From the NCBI GenBank assembly GCA_019694685.1, contig JAIBBM010000024.1:698-64697 (forward strand): a DNA stretch of 64,000 nt, in the 5' to 3' direction. The stretch's first letter is position 1; every line of letters starts with the position of its first letter. The notes under the pieces were generated by a model. It did not search any database, was not told the origin of the DNA, and saw nothing but the letters and a program-made list of their open reading frames with translations. Below are positions 55,737 to 64,000 of this stretch, in pieces. Origin of the DNA: Leptospirales bacterium. GTDB taxonomy: Bacteria; Spirochaetota; Leptospiria; Leptospirales; Leptonemataceae. Both the position numbers and the translations under genes were made by a program.

Positions 55737-56693
55737 ATGGGACTTCCCGGCCGCATCGTACTCTTTGTTTTCCTGGCCGCCGCGGCTCCCGCTGGTGCGG
55801 CCCCGCTGCGTATATCCTATAACCTCCAGTCTACAGATCCAACAGAAGACCAGCTGGCAGCTCTCACGTCCTACATTCGCGACAATAAAGGATCCTACTT
55901 TCTACTACAAGGGTTTGCGTGCGATACTGGAGGCTTTCGCGTTTCGCTCAAGATCGCAAGCCAGCGCCAGGATAAAATCCAGGCACTCATCCAGAAAGAA
56001 GTAGGGCGCGATCACACTGCACTGGCAAACCCGGCTGTGATAGAAGGGGAGCCAAGAATCGAACATCGCAAACTGGAAATCGAAGCATTCAAAACGCCAG
56101 AGGCCCTGGCAGCAGCGGTAAGACTTGCAAACGAAAATACAGCTCGATTCCATTCAGCCTTCCAGGTAGAAACTCCACCTGAAACACATAACGAGCCAGA
56201 AGACGGACACCCGCTGCTCTGGCTGGGTCTACTCCTGGCAGCACTTGTCATTGTATTTATCTATTTCATTCTCACGGGAAACGAAAGGAAAAGAAGGCGG
56301 CATGCTCTCACGCCTGAACAGGCAGAGGCCGTTCAGGCAATTACGGGAGAGGCTCCAGTCCAGCCTTCGCAAAAAACAAGAAAGCACCGGATCGTCACGG
56401 CAGAAAGCGTGATTGAACCCGCAGCATTCGTAAAGGAGTTAAAGCCCATGGCTTCCAAGAAGAAAGCATCCAAACCAGGTCCTACGATCAAGAAAGCGCT
56501 GGATAAAGCATACGAAAACAGGTCCCTGGGCGAAATCGCAAAAAGCCCCGTTCATTCGCTGCAGGGTCTCACGCCACGACATAGCAAGATGCTTGAGGAA
56601 GCATTCGGCGTGAAAACCGTAGAGGACCTGGCAGGCCTCAAATACTTTGAGCTGGCGCGAGCGATCACAGTGCTTGCACGATACGAAGATTGA
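55737..56693 (+). CDS. Hypothetical bitopic protein (exported N-domain, TM, cytoplasmic tail with helix-hairpin-helix-like end)
   Basis: 318 aa. Signal peptide GRIVLFVFLAAAAPAGA. Mid TM LLWLGLLLAALVIVFIYFIL followed by RKRRRH. The last roughly 80 aa (LQGLTPRHSKMLEEAFGVKTVEDLAGL) are HhH-like. An internal SD+ATG lies at 56433/56448 (see findings). Confidence 0.5.
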   Translation: MGLPGRIVLFVFLAAAAPAGAAPLRISYNLQSTDPTEDQLAALTSYIRDNKGSYFLLQGFACDTGGFRVSLKIASQRQDKIQALIQKEVGRDHTALANPAVIEGEPRIEHRKLEIEAFKTPEALAAAVRLANENTARFHSAFQVETPPETHNEPEDGHPLLWLGLLLAALVIVFIYFILTGNERKRRRHALTPEQAEAVQAITGEAPVQPSQKTRKHRIVTAESVIEPAAFVKELKPMASKKKASKPGPTIKKALDKAYENRSLGEIAKSPVHSLQGLTPRHSKMLEEAFGVKTVEDLAGLKYFELARAITVLARYED

Positions 56694-56727
56694 TTTACAG
56701 TCTAGAAATGCAACCCATAGATATCCC

Positions 56728-57891
56728 GTGCGCGCTTTCCTTGCCATACTCGTTCTGGGCTTTGTCAATTGCGCGAAGTATGACGCGCCGGCGGGGATTT
56801 TTGGATATCTGCTGATCACGGCGGCTGCAAACAATCACGGACCTTGCTACAATCCAACTGTTAAAGTACAAACGGGCTCCACCACTTCTAGCGCGAACGG
56901 AACCACAACTGTAACCATCTCTGCCATAGACACGAGCACATCCTTTTTAATTTTCCAGGCAACCAGTGCCGGAGACAGACCTCCAGGGGCCACCATAGGG
57001 GGCACGATCGCTTCGAGCACTACTGTTGATTTCGAACGCTTTACAGATGGCCTTACAACAGAACCCGCTGTCATCACAATTCAGTACTACGTAGTAACCT
57101 ATCCTTCCGGTTGCGCGTCCGTACAAAGAGGAATTACCAATCTCAACGCAGATCCAAAGAACATCTCCATCTCAAGCGTATCCTCTATTTCGCAGGCTAT
57201 GATTCTTTTCAGCAGATCCACTGGAACCACAGAAAACGTATACGACAGCAACAATATCACGACAGCTTATCTAACATCTACCTCAAATCTTCGAATCGCA
57301 TGCGCGGGCCCGTCGAACACAAATGCGTACTGGCAGGTTGTTGATTTTCCCTATGCAAGCATTCGAAATCAAAGTGGATCCACGAGCATTCTTGGAGCGG
57401 CCACGTCCGCTTCCGTACCCATCAGCAGTGTGGATCTTTCCAGGTCCATTGTGCTTACGAGTCTATACGATTCGGGAGCCACCGGAAACATTGGCGCCAA
57501 TATGGTGAGAGCTTATTTGCCCGATTCCACAACCTTGCTCATTGAAAGAGACGATGTGGGAGCGCCCGACAACCTGACGCGCATTGACTACCAGGTGATT
57601 GAATTTCAAGACGGGACAACCGTTCAGAGAGGCAACCTCGCATTTTCTGGAGGCGCAAGCAATGCAACTCTGAGCCTGGCAAATGCGGTGGATACGTCTG
57701 CATCCGCTCCATTCGCATCGTTTCAATTTGGACCGGGACAGAGCTCTGGTAAAACACCCTATACGGCAAACGATCTAGTTGGAATGGCAACTGCAACGAT
57801 GACACTGAGTTCCACAACGCTCAGTGCAACCAGAGGAGTCACTGGAGCCACGGCAGACATATACGCATACGCAGTTCAATTTGGCAAATGA
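56728..57891 (+). CDS. Lipoprotein built from four tandem repeats of roughly 85-90 aa that appear beta-rich, unknown function
   Basis: The in-frame GTG at 56728 gives MRAFLAILVLGFVNC, a textbook lipobox. The ORF-track start at 56647 would overlap the upstream gene and has no signal peptide. The protein is Ser/Thr-rich with a fourfold internal periodicity. Confidence 0.6.
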   Translation: MRAFLAILVLGFVNCAKYDAPAGIFGYLLITAAANNHGPCYNPTVKVQTGSTTSSANGTTTVTISAIDTSTSFLIFQATSAGDRPPGATIGGTIASSTTVDFERFTDGLTTEPAVITIQYYVVTYPSGCASVQRGITNLNADPKNISISSVSSISQAMILFSRSTGTTENVYDSNNITTAYLTSTSNLRIACAGPSNTNAYWQVVDFPYASIRNQSGSTSILGAATSASVPISSVDLSRSIVLTSLYDSGATGNIGANMVRAYLPDSTTLLIERDDVGAPDNLTRIDYQVIEFQDGTTVQRGNLAFSGGASNATLSLANAVDTSASAPFASFQFGPGQSSGKTPYTANDLVGMATATMTLSSTTLSATRGVTGATADIYAYAVQFGK

Positions 57892-57909
57892 CGAGTGACA
57901 ATCCAGCGG

Positions 57910-57945
57910 GGCATGCTTATATTGTTCGAATCAGACAAGCATGCC
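57910..57945 (+). promoter_or_regulatory. Perfect 9-bp inverted repeat whose 3' arm contains the hflX start codon
   Basis: GGCATGCTT (57910..57918), an 18-nt loop, then AAGCATGCC (57937..57945). The hflX ATG is at 57941..57943. Confidence 0.45.
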
Positions 57946-59593
57946 GCAAATTTCAGGCAACACTTCCGATCTCAAACCGCGCCAGCTTCATAAACTGAAG
58001 AATCTATCTCTCCGGCGCGTACGCGAAAACGCTGTAGTCAGTCAGGAATTCGCGCGAAGTCTCTGTGAGCTTTCGCACGAACTCTCCAGACAAATTGGAG
58101 TGCTCATAGATAGACAGGGACACATCTCGAAGATACTTGTGGGAGACGCAGGGCGCATCTTCATCCCGGAATTGCCCCGCGAAAGATCCGCCAGGCTGCG
58201 CGGACTGAGACTCGTTCACACTCACCTGAGAAAAGAACCACTGAGCGAAGAGGACCTCGCGGACCTCACACTTCTGCGCCTGGATTATATCACTGCCGTT
58301 ACGATGACGAGCGAAGGGCTGCCCGAGCTTTTCTACAGCGCGCACTTGCTTCCTGGAACCTCTCCAGGTTATACAGTAGAAGATCCGGCCAGACCGGGGC
58401 GAATTCGCGAAGATTTTCGCGAAACACTCGATGAACTGGAAGCTGCATTCAATCGAGAAGAAAGCAGACTCAAGCAGGCCAGTCCTCTACCGCGAGCCAT
58501 TCTAGTCGGAGTGTACACTCCGGAGATGAGAAAGAGAAGATCTCCCGAAGACTCCATGGCGGAGCTGCGTGAGCTCTGCAAAACTGCGGGCATCCAGCCC
58601 GTACGCGAAATCATTCAAAGGAGACCGGTGCTCGATCCAGGAACAGTCATTGGTTCAGGGAAAGTAAAAGAGATCTCTATACTCGCTGTGCAAGAAAGCA
58701 CAGAAATGCTTTTGTTCGATCAAGAACTGTCTCCCGCTCAGGCAACCAGGCTATCCAAACTGTGCGATCTAAAGATCCTCGATCGCACTCAACTGATCCT
58801 CGATATCTTCGCGCGCAACGCGCGCAGTCGCGACGGTAAGCTGCAGGTAGAGCTCGCACAACTCCGCTATCTAAAAGGCAGACTGTCAGAAACAGACGAC
58901 AACATGTCCAGGCTCACCGGTGGAATTGGAGGAAGAGGTCCAGGGGAAACCAAACTGGAAATTGGACGCAGACGCGTAGAAGAAAAACTGGCTCGCCTGG
59001 AACGGGAACTGAAGTCACTCAAGAAGAGACGCGAAATCAATCGCAAAGGCAGACAGAGAACCGGCATCCCTGTTGTATCCATTGTTGGATACACGAACGC
59101 AGGCAAATCCACTTTGCTCAACGCACTTACTTATTCAGAAGTAATCGCAGAAGACAGATTGTTTGCAACTCTCGATCCAACCACAAGACGGCTTCGCTTC
59201 CCTGAAGAACGCGAAATCATTCTATCAGACACTGTGGGATTCATCCATGAACTTCCTCCTGAGCTTTCGCGCGCATTCGAGGCAACTCTTGAAGAACTGG
59301 GAGACTCCAGTCTTTTGCTCCACTGCGTGGATGCTTCTGATCCCAATCGCTCAGACAAAGAAGAAGCGGTACTGGAAATCTTAGGAAGACTCGAACTGCT
59401 CGAAATCCCGCGCATTACAATTTACAATAAATGCGATCGACTGTCTGCAGAGGATCGCAGGCTTCTAGAAGAACGTGGAGACGGTGTTCTGGTATCTGCG
59501 CAAACAAGAATGAATCTGGAAGTATTGCTGGATCAAATAGAGCAAAGCCTGTGGCGAGCGCACATTGAGAGAAAGAAAGAGGTTCCTGCATGA
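57941..59593 (+). CDS. hflX: GTPase HflX (long form with N-terminal extension)
   Basis: 550 aa. HflX N-domain and coiled linker ([29 protein letters not shown]). G-domain: [41 protein letters not shown]. Confidence 0.9.
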   Translation: MPQISGNTSDLKPRQLHKLKNLSLRRVRENAVVSQEFARSLCELSHELSRQIGVLIDRQGHISKILVGDAGRIFIPELPRERSARLRGLRLVHTHLRKEPLSEEDLADLTLLRLDYITAVTMTSEGLPELFYSAHLLPGTSPGYTVEDPARPGRIREDFRETLDELEAAFNREESRLKQASPLPRAILVGVYTPEMRKRRSPEDSMAELRELCKTAGIQPVREIIQRRPVLDPGTVIGSGKVKEISILAVQESTEMLLFDQELSPAQATRLSKLCDLKILDRTQLILDIFARNARSRDGKLQVELAQLRYLKGRLSETDDNMSRLTGGIGGRGPGETKLEIGRRRVEEKLARLERELKSLKKRREINRKGRQRTGIPVVSIVGYTNAGKSTLLNALTYSEVIAEDRLFATLDPTTRRLRFPEEREIILSDTVGFIHELPPELSRAFEATLEELGDSSLLLHCVDASDPNRSDKEEAVLEILGRLELLEIPRITIYNKCDRLSAEDRRLLEERGDGVLVSAQTRMNLEVLLDQIEQSLWRAHIERKKEVPA

Positions 59594-60444
59594 GCGTCAT
59601 GACGGAACTGGTAGAAGAACTGGAGTCGCTGACAGAAGGCGAAAACTGGGAACTTTCTCTGGATACTTTGCTCGGGATACTCGGCATCTCTCGCGAAGAT
59701 TACTACCGCGTTCAATACGCCAGACGTAAACGATTTGGCATGAACGTGGATGGATTTGGTCCTGAGAATGTGGACCGGCTGATCGAAGTACTCGGTGATT
59801 TTGGATACAATGATTCCGGAGAAATTCTAGAAAGAGCAGGATACTGGTTCAATCCGGATCGTCTGGAAGAGTGGCAGGAATTCTTTCTATCTGTCACAGC
59901 CGCCAGGTTATCCGGACACAACATAGACAGAGATGAACTTGAAAACGCATTGTCTGCCTGCAGAAACCCGTCAGACGGAATTGAATTTTACTGCGAAACA
60001 AGATTCGAGCTCGAAGAGCTCATCGAGTTTGCAGCGAATCTCTTTATGAAAAAACACGGGATTGATGCGCACACTCTTTCGCGAGGCAAGCTCGAAGGGT
60101 TTCTATGCGGACTGTACGCGAAGCGAATTCTAAAAAAAGAAGACATCTTTGAAAGTCTACACGAAACTCTCATTGAAAGAGCTCTCGACTGGAAGTTCCT
60201 CAAAGAAGCGGATGTGAGAAAAAAAGTCAGACTGCCGGAGGACATTGCCCGTTGTCTTCGCATGCTCGAACTTCCCGTCGACGAAGAGCCGGAAACAGAA
60301 ACCATAAAGAAACAATATCGCACCTTGCTCAAAAAATATCATCCGGACGTGAATCCGGCGGGCCTGGAAAGAACCAGAGACATCAATTCCGCCTATACGG
60401 CCCTGGTTCTAGGGCTGCAGACTCCAAGCCGCAGACCGTCCTGA
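59590..60444 (+). CDS. J-domain (DnaJ-like) protein with novel N-terminal region
   Basis: 284 aa. C-terminal J domain: [34 protein letters not shown] (HPD motif). The start forms an ATGA overlap with the hflX stop. Confidence 0.75.
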   Translation: MSVMTELVEELESLTEGENWELSLDTLLGILGISREDYYRVQYARRKRFGMNVDGFGPENVDRLIEVLGDFGYNDSGEILERAGYWFNPDRLEEWQEFFLSVTAARLSGHNIDRDELENALSACRNPSDGIEFYCETRFELEELIEFAANLFMKKHGIDAHTLSRGKLEGFLCGLYAKRILKKEDIFESLHETLIERALDWKFLKEADVRKKVRLPEDIARCLRMLELPVDEEPETETIKKQYRTLLKKYHPDVNPAGLERTRDINSAYTALVLGLQTPSRRPS

Positions 60445-60500
60445 ATGCCCCCTGGCAACGAAACGTTGACAGATCCACCCCGATTCGCGTAAATGTAGTC

Positions 60501-61301
60501 ATGCGGACCCGACTGGCCCTGGCTCTGGTATTCGTGAGTGTAGTGCCCATACACGCACTCGAATGGCTTCCTCTGGAGCAGGCCATGACTCGCGCACGCG
60601 TTGAATCCAGACCCATCTTTGTGGATGTGATGGCGCCCTGGTGCGGCTTTTGCCGCAAAATGCGCGAACAGGTTTTCCCAACCAGAGAATTCCAGGAGGC
60701 AGCATCGTCTTTTGTACTGGCCCGCGTGAATGCGGATGAAGATTTGTCTGCGCGCAAATACAACGTGGAGGGCCTGCCCACTCTGCTCATGCTCGACCAC
60801 AATGGATATCTGATTGGAAGATCAGATGGATTCACTGAACCGGAAAGACTGGTGCGATTGATGAAAGAAGCACTCGGTCGGGCGGGCACACAGGCAAAAG
60901 TAGAAAAAGATGCACGCGAAAGGCCAGGAGTGAATTCCTCTTATCGCGCGGGACTCTACTACGCGAGCATCAATGATTCTCCAAGAGCGCGCTCTCATTT
61001 CCTGAATGCGTGGCAGGCAGGCAAAGCAAAACCAGATCCGCAATCCTTTGACGCACTTTACAACGCAGCAGTCAGTTCTATGGAAATGAAAGACTATTCG
61101 GGTGCGGTGCAGCTCTGGTCACAGTATGTAGATCTCTACCCATCCAGAGATAGGGACTTTGCCTATGCGCGCTATTTTAGAGGACTCGCTCTACGAAGCC
61201 TTGGGAAAAAAGAAGAGGCAAAAGCGGACATGGCATACGCATCAAACAATCTGCCGCCTGGAGAAGATAAGAACGCGGCAATCCGAATGGCCGGGAAGTG
61301 A
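60501..61301 (+). CDS. Exported thioredoxin-fold protein (WCGFC) with TPR-like C-terminus
   Basis: The ATG at 60501 gives the signal peptide MRTRLALALVFVSVVPIHA. Thioredoxin-like motifs: IFVDVMAPWCGFCRKM, GLPTLLML. TPR-like helices follow. The 60252 start in the ORF track overlaps the J-domain gene. Confidence 0.75.
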   Translation: MRTRLALALVFVSVVPIHALEWLPLEQAMTRARVESRPIFVDVMAPWCGFCRKMREQVFPTREFQEAASSFVLARVNADEDLSARKYNVEGLPTLLMLDHNGYLIGRSDGFTEPERLVRLMKEALGRAGTQAKVEKDARERPGVNSSYRAGLYYASINDSPRARSHFLNAWQAGKAKPDPQSFDALYNAAVSSMEMKDYSGAVQLWSQYVDLYPSRDRDFAYARYFRGLALRSLGKKEEAKADMAYASNNLPPGEDKNAAIRMAGK

Positions 61302-62434
61302 AACCATCTGAATTTGTTCACTCACACATCCGCCATTTAGACGGATATGTTCCTGGCCTTCAAACAGAGGACCCGGAAGTCATCAAACTCAATACGAATG
61401 AAAATCCGTTCCCCATTCCCGCATCCGTGCGAAACGCTCTGGTTCAGGAAATTGACGGCAAGCTTCTACAGAAGTATCCAAACCCTGTTTCGCAAAGATT
61501 AAGAGAAGCACTCGCTGCAAAATACGGAAGGCCGCCGGAATGCTTCCTGGTTGGAAATGGATCGGATGAAATCTTAAGCATTCTATTTCGTGCAGTTCTT
61601 GGACAGGATAAAGCCATGATTGCGCCCTATCCTACGTACAGCCTCTATCCGGTGATCGCCGCACTTTCGCACAGCTCGTGCATTGAAATCCAGGTGCGCG
61701 AAGACTGGACTCTTGATTTTGAAGCCATGCTTCAAAAAATCCAGAAAGGAGGAATCGCCCTGGCTGCATTTGCAAATCCAAATGCACCCACTGGAATCGC
61801 GGAATCAGAAAAGGATATCCTGGACTTCACCTCGCGCAACCCATCTCTCACCCTGGTAGATGAAGCATACGCTGACTTTGGAAATGTAACTGTTTTTAAG
61901 AATGCGGGAACATCTACCTACCCGCGACTTCTGGTCAGCGGCACTGCGTCCAAAGCTCTCTCTCTTGCCGGAGCACGAATCGGCTGGTTGTGCGCGGAAG
62001 AATCCTTGATTGCGGAGCTTGAGAAAATCAAAGATTCCTACAACGTTTCCAGGCTGGCCCAGGCAGCCGCGCTGGCCGCAGTACTGGACAAATCCGAATT
62101 TGAAAAAAGAAGAGATGAAATAGTAAATAATCGAAACTTTCTCACAGAGGGACTGGACAGGCTGGGTTTTGAAACACTGCCCTCGAGCACCAACTTCATT
62201 TTCACAAGACCACCTGCAGATCTAAGAGCACTCTCGCAAAGAGGGGAAACAGCTGCCGGTGCGTACTACAGACTCCTTCTGGAAAATAAAATTTTGGTAC
62301 GATACTGGTCATCCGAAAAGCTCAAAGAGTGGATACGAATCACAATCGGAACCAGATCGGACATGGAAAAGCTCCTATCTACAACGGACTCGATTGTCTC
62401 TCTTGCAAAAAGGGAACCTATTTCCAGTCAATGA
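61298..62434 (+). CDS. hisC: Histidinol-phosphate aminotransferase
   Basis: 378 aa with a GTG start overlapping the upstream stop (GTGA). Contains KLNTNENPFP, GNGSDEIL, NPNAPTG, VDEAYADF, TASKALSLAGARIGW (PLP lysine) and IRITIG. Confidence 0.85.
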   Translation: MKPSEFVHSHIRHLDGYVPGLQTEDPEVIKLNTNENPFPIPASVRNALVQEIDGKLLQKYPNPVSQRLREALAAKYGRPPECFLVGNGSDEILSILFRAVLGQDKAMIAPYPTYSLYPVIAALSHSSCIEIQVREDWTLDFEAMLQKIQKGGIALAAFANPNAPTGIAESEKDILDFTSRNPSLTLVDEAYADFGNVTVFKNAGTSTYPRLLVSGTASKALSLAGARIGWLCAEESLIAELEKIKDSYNVSRLAQAAALAAVLDKSEFEKRRDEIVNNRNFLTEGLDRLGFETLPSSTNFIFTRPPADLRALSQRGETAAGAYYRLLLENKILVRYWSSEKLKEWIRITIGTRSDMEKLLSTTDSIVSLAKREPISSQ

Positions 62435-63236
62435 ACAGCTTTCTCTTCGCTGGCTGACAGACGGGGCAGAAAAAAGTATCGTAGCCCAGAACACTCTCTC
62501 TCCTGATCTTTGCACCACAGCGCGGACAAGGTTCATTCTTTTTATTTCGCACGAGCATGTGATCTCGGTGCTTTACATGCAGGCCGGCATTGGCTCCCTG
62601 CACTTCTTTGATTCCACGATCGATGACCGTTCGAATAGAATCATATAGAACTTTTTGCTCATCCGGGCCAAGCTGATGGCAAAACGTTTTTGGATGAATT
62701 CTAGCTTCAAAAAGAATTTCGTCCGCATATGCATTGCCGATGGCACTGATCTGTTCCTGTTCCATGAGAAAGGCACGCACCTGACGGCGGCTTGTGCGAA
62801 TGAGTCCAAGAAAAACATCTTCCGTAAACTCAGGGGAAGTGATGTCCACTCCCTGTGTGGTAAACCTTGGAATCTGCGCTTCCTGACCCGGGTCCACGAC
62901 ATAAATCTTTCCCATCTTCTTTGCATCGAGATAGGATAGTTTCCCTTCTTTGAAAATGAAAGTGATGAGACCGGCGGACTTTGGTTCAATGCTAAAGGCA
63001 CCGGCGAGCATTGGATGAGCCACGATCATCCTGTGTCCCGTAAGTTCAAATACAAGGAAAGGTCCATGTCGCCTGACGTTCAAAATTCCTCTGCCGGTCA
63101 CGCAGGCTCCAAAAGGCTCTCCCGTCAAATTGCGAACCACAATGGGTTCTCGCACTTCCACTTGTTCAATGATGCGGCCAGAAATAAAATCATGCAGGCC
63201 GCGAGCGACGTAGACTAGATCCGGCAACTCCGGCAT
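62418..63236 (-). CDS. mutM: Formamidopyrimidine-DNA glycosylase (Fpg/Nei family)
   Basis: I prefer the start at ATG 63236, giving MPELPDLVYV (catalytic Pro2/Glu3). H2TH region: ISAIGNAYADEILFEARIHP. C-terminal zinc finger: CPRCGAKIRRESVLGYDTFFCPVCQ. Confidence 0.8.
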   Translation of the reverse strand: MPELPDLVYVARGLHDFISGRIIEQVEVREPIVVRNLTGEPFGACVTGRGILNVRRHGPFLVFELTGHRMIVAHPMLAGAFSIEPKSAGLITFIFKEGKLSYLDAKKMGKIYVVDPGQEAQIPRFTTQGVDITSPEFTEDVFLGLIRTSRRQVRAFLMEQEQISAIGNAYADEILFEARIHPKTFCHQLGPDEQKVLYDSIRTVIDRGIKEVQGANAGLHVKHRDHMLVRNKKNEPCPRCGAKIRRESVLGYDTFFCPVCQPAKRKLFIDWK

Positions 63237-63802
63237 CAGTTCACCAGGTAGATGGTTCCGGCATCCAGAGTCGTTGCGTTGACTATGGAGAAGTTCTGCC
63301 CGGATGCTCGAGTAGTAGTGAGAGTGCCGCCCGTGACCCAGCCAGCCGTGAACGTAGAAGGTGTTTTGAAACAATCAATGTGGCCGTCTATGCGCCCGTT
63401 GTAATCAGATAGAATCGATTCGAAGGAAAGCTTCACAGTGGTTCCGCCAGGGATCCCGCTGATCTGAAATGATCCATCTCGATTGATGCTTGAATGAGTG
63501 GCCCAGTAGTTCACTCCAATGGCCGCATTGTCCTCTGCGATGACGAGCGCGCTGATGGCAGGGGTGCCCGCCCTGGTAAGCAGTTTTCCCTTGATGCTTC
63601 CTGCCACTCCGGTCATGGTTCCAGAAGGTTGTGCACTCGTAAGCACAGGAGACGCGGTGAAGTTACAAGGATTTGCCAGATAAGCCGCAGCCAGAAGAAG
63701 GATGAGTTCTTTTGTATTGTCCTCTTTTTCCTTTTCCCAGAATTTCACATTGCTGCATGCGCATAACAATGATAAGGCGACCACGCACAGGCTACGGACC
63801 AT
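63236..63802 (-). CDS. Lipoprotein with carboxypeptidase-regulatory-like beta-sandwich
   Basis: 188 aa. Lipobox ALSLLCAC. GSIKGKLLTRAGTPAISALVIAED...DGSFQISGIPGGTTVKL resembles CarboxypepD_reg-like domains. Confidence 0.5.
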   Translation of the reverse strand: MVRSLCVVALSLLCACSNVKFWEKEKEDNTKELILLLAAAYLANPCNFTASPVLTSAQPSGTMTGVAGSIKGKLLTRAGTPAISALVIAEDNAAIGVNYWATHSSINRDGSFQISGIPGGTTVKLSFESILSDYNGRIDGHIDCFKTPSTFTAGWVTGGTLTTTRASGQNFSIVNATTLDAGTIYLVN

Positions 63803-64000
63803 ACACTGCCCTCACACCGGCCGTATCATCCGGACTCAAAGTCGTAGGAGAGTTCGTATACAAGAACGGAAACATGGCAGGCAAGTTGGGTCCGGTGGCG
63901 GCAGTCACTGTGCCATTGTTGTTTCCCGCAATGGAATGAGCAAATCCAAGAACGTGTCCCAGCTCGTGAAGGAGCACTCTTTGAAAGACAAGAGTAGGAC
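63792..64000 (-). CDS. Metzincin zinc metalloprotease, C-terminal part (gene runs off the right edge)
   Basis: The reverse frame is open to position 64000 (..PTLVFQRVLLHELGHVLGFAHS). HELGHVLGFAH is the HExxHxxGxxH metzincin zinc site, and AMFPFLY is a plausible Met-turn. The GTG 'start' at 63977 in the ORF track is probably internal. Confidence 0.7.
   Translation of the reverse strand, partial: PTLVFQRVLLHELGHVLGFAHSIAGNNNGTVTAATGPNLPAMFPFLYTNSPTTLSPDDTAGVRAVYGP

Noticed and set aside
60252-60500. N-terminal 83-aa extension of the thioredoxin-TPR ORF overlapping the J-domain gene
   Set aside because: The extension is Arg/Ser/Gly-rich and overlaps the conserved J-domain coding region in another frame. 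A clean signal peptide begins at the ATG at 60501.
1-64000. Mobile element, prophage, defence island, CRISPR, tRNA/rRNA
   Set aside because: No integrase, transposase, recombinase, phage structural gene, restriction/nuclease or Cas-like protein appears in any frame. No direct-repeat array is present, and no intergenic region is long enough for an rRNA. None of the intergenic gaps I examined by eye resembled a tRNA.

Overview
Densely packed chromosomal segment with about 53 protein-coding genes. Many start/stop overlaps occur, and several convergent gene ends abut or overlap. I see no rRNA, tRNA, CRISPR array, transposase, integrase or phage genes, so this is not an obvious mobile island. Housekeeping anchors are purT, a Leptospira-type citramalate synthase (cimA), glnA, hisC, hflX, fpg/mutM, malic enzyme, an acyl-CoA carboxyltransferase, a 3-hydroxyacyl-CoA dehydrogenase and a PiT/DUF47 phosphate pair. 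The cimA resemblance, frequent lipoboxes, many RsbU-like PP2C phosphatases and the FecR/cyclase pairing suggest a Leptospirales-like spirochaete; this is inference only. Signalling and envelope genes are unusually concentrated between the anchors: four PP2C/SpoIIE phosphatases with different sensor inputs, a class III cyclase, a cNMP-gated K+ channel, a HisKA_2 kinase with a REC-PAS-degenerate-GGDEF regulator, and many exported repeat proteins. Best candidates for an undescribed system: (1) a five-gene translationally coupled SiaA/SiaB/SiaC-like partner-switch operon (49911..55020) with no diguanylate cyclase, carrying a second PAS-PP2C and an SBP-TPR exported protein instead; (2) a membrane sensor fused directly to a CheA-type Hpt+ATPase core without a CheW-like domain, followed by CheY-like and CheX-like genes (42570..45868); (3) a cyclase / FecR-repeat / IPT-plus-triplicated-membrane-module operon (7608..14861); (4) an envelope operon with two CsgG-like lipoproteins, an orphan MlaE permease, an aromatic-repeat exported protein and a GT-C-like membrane protein (18466..24697). 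All functional calls come from reading motifs in the supplied translations; no database search was run.
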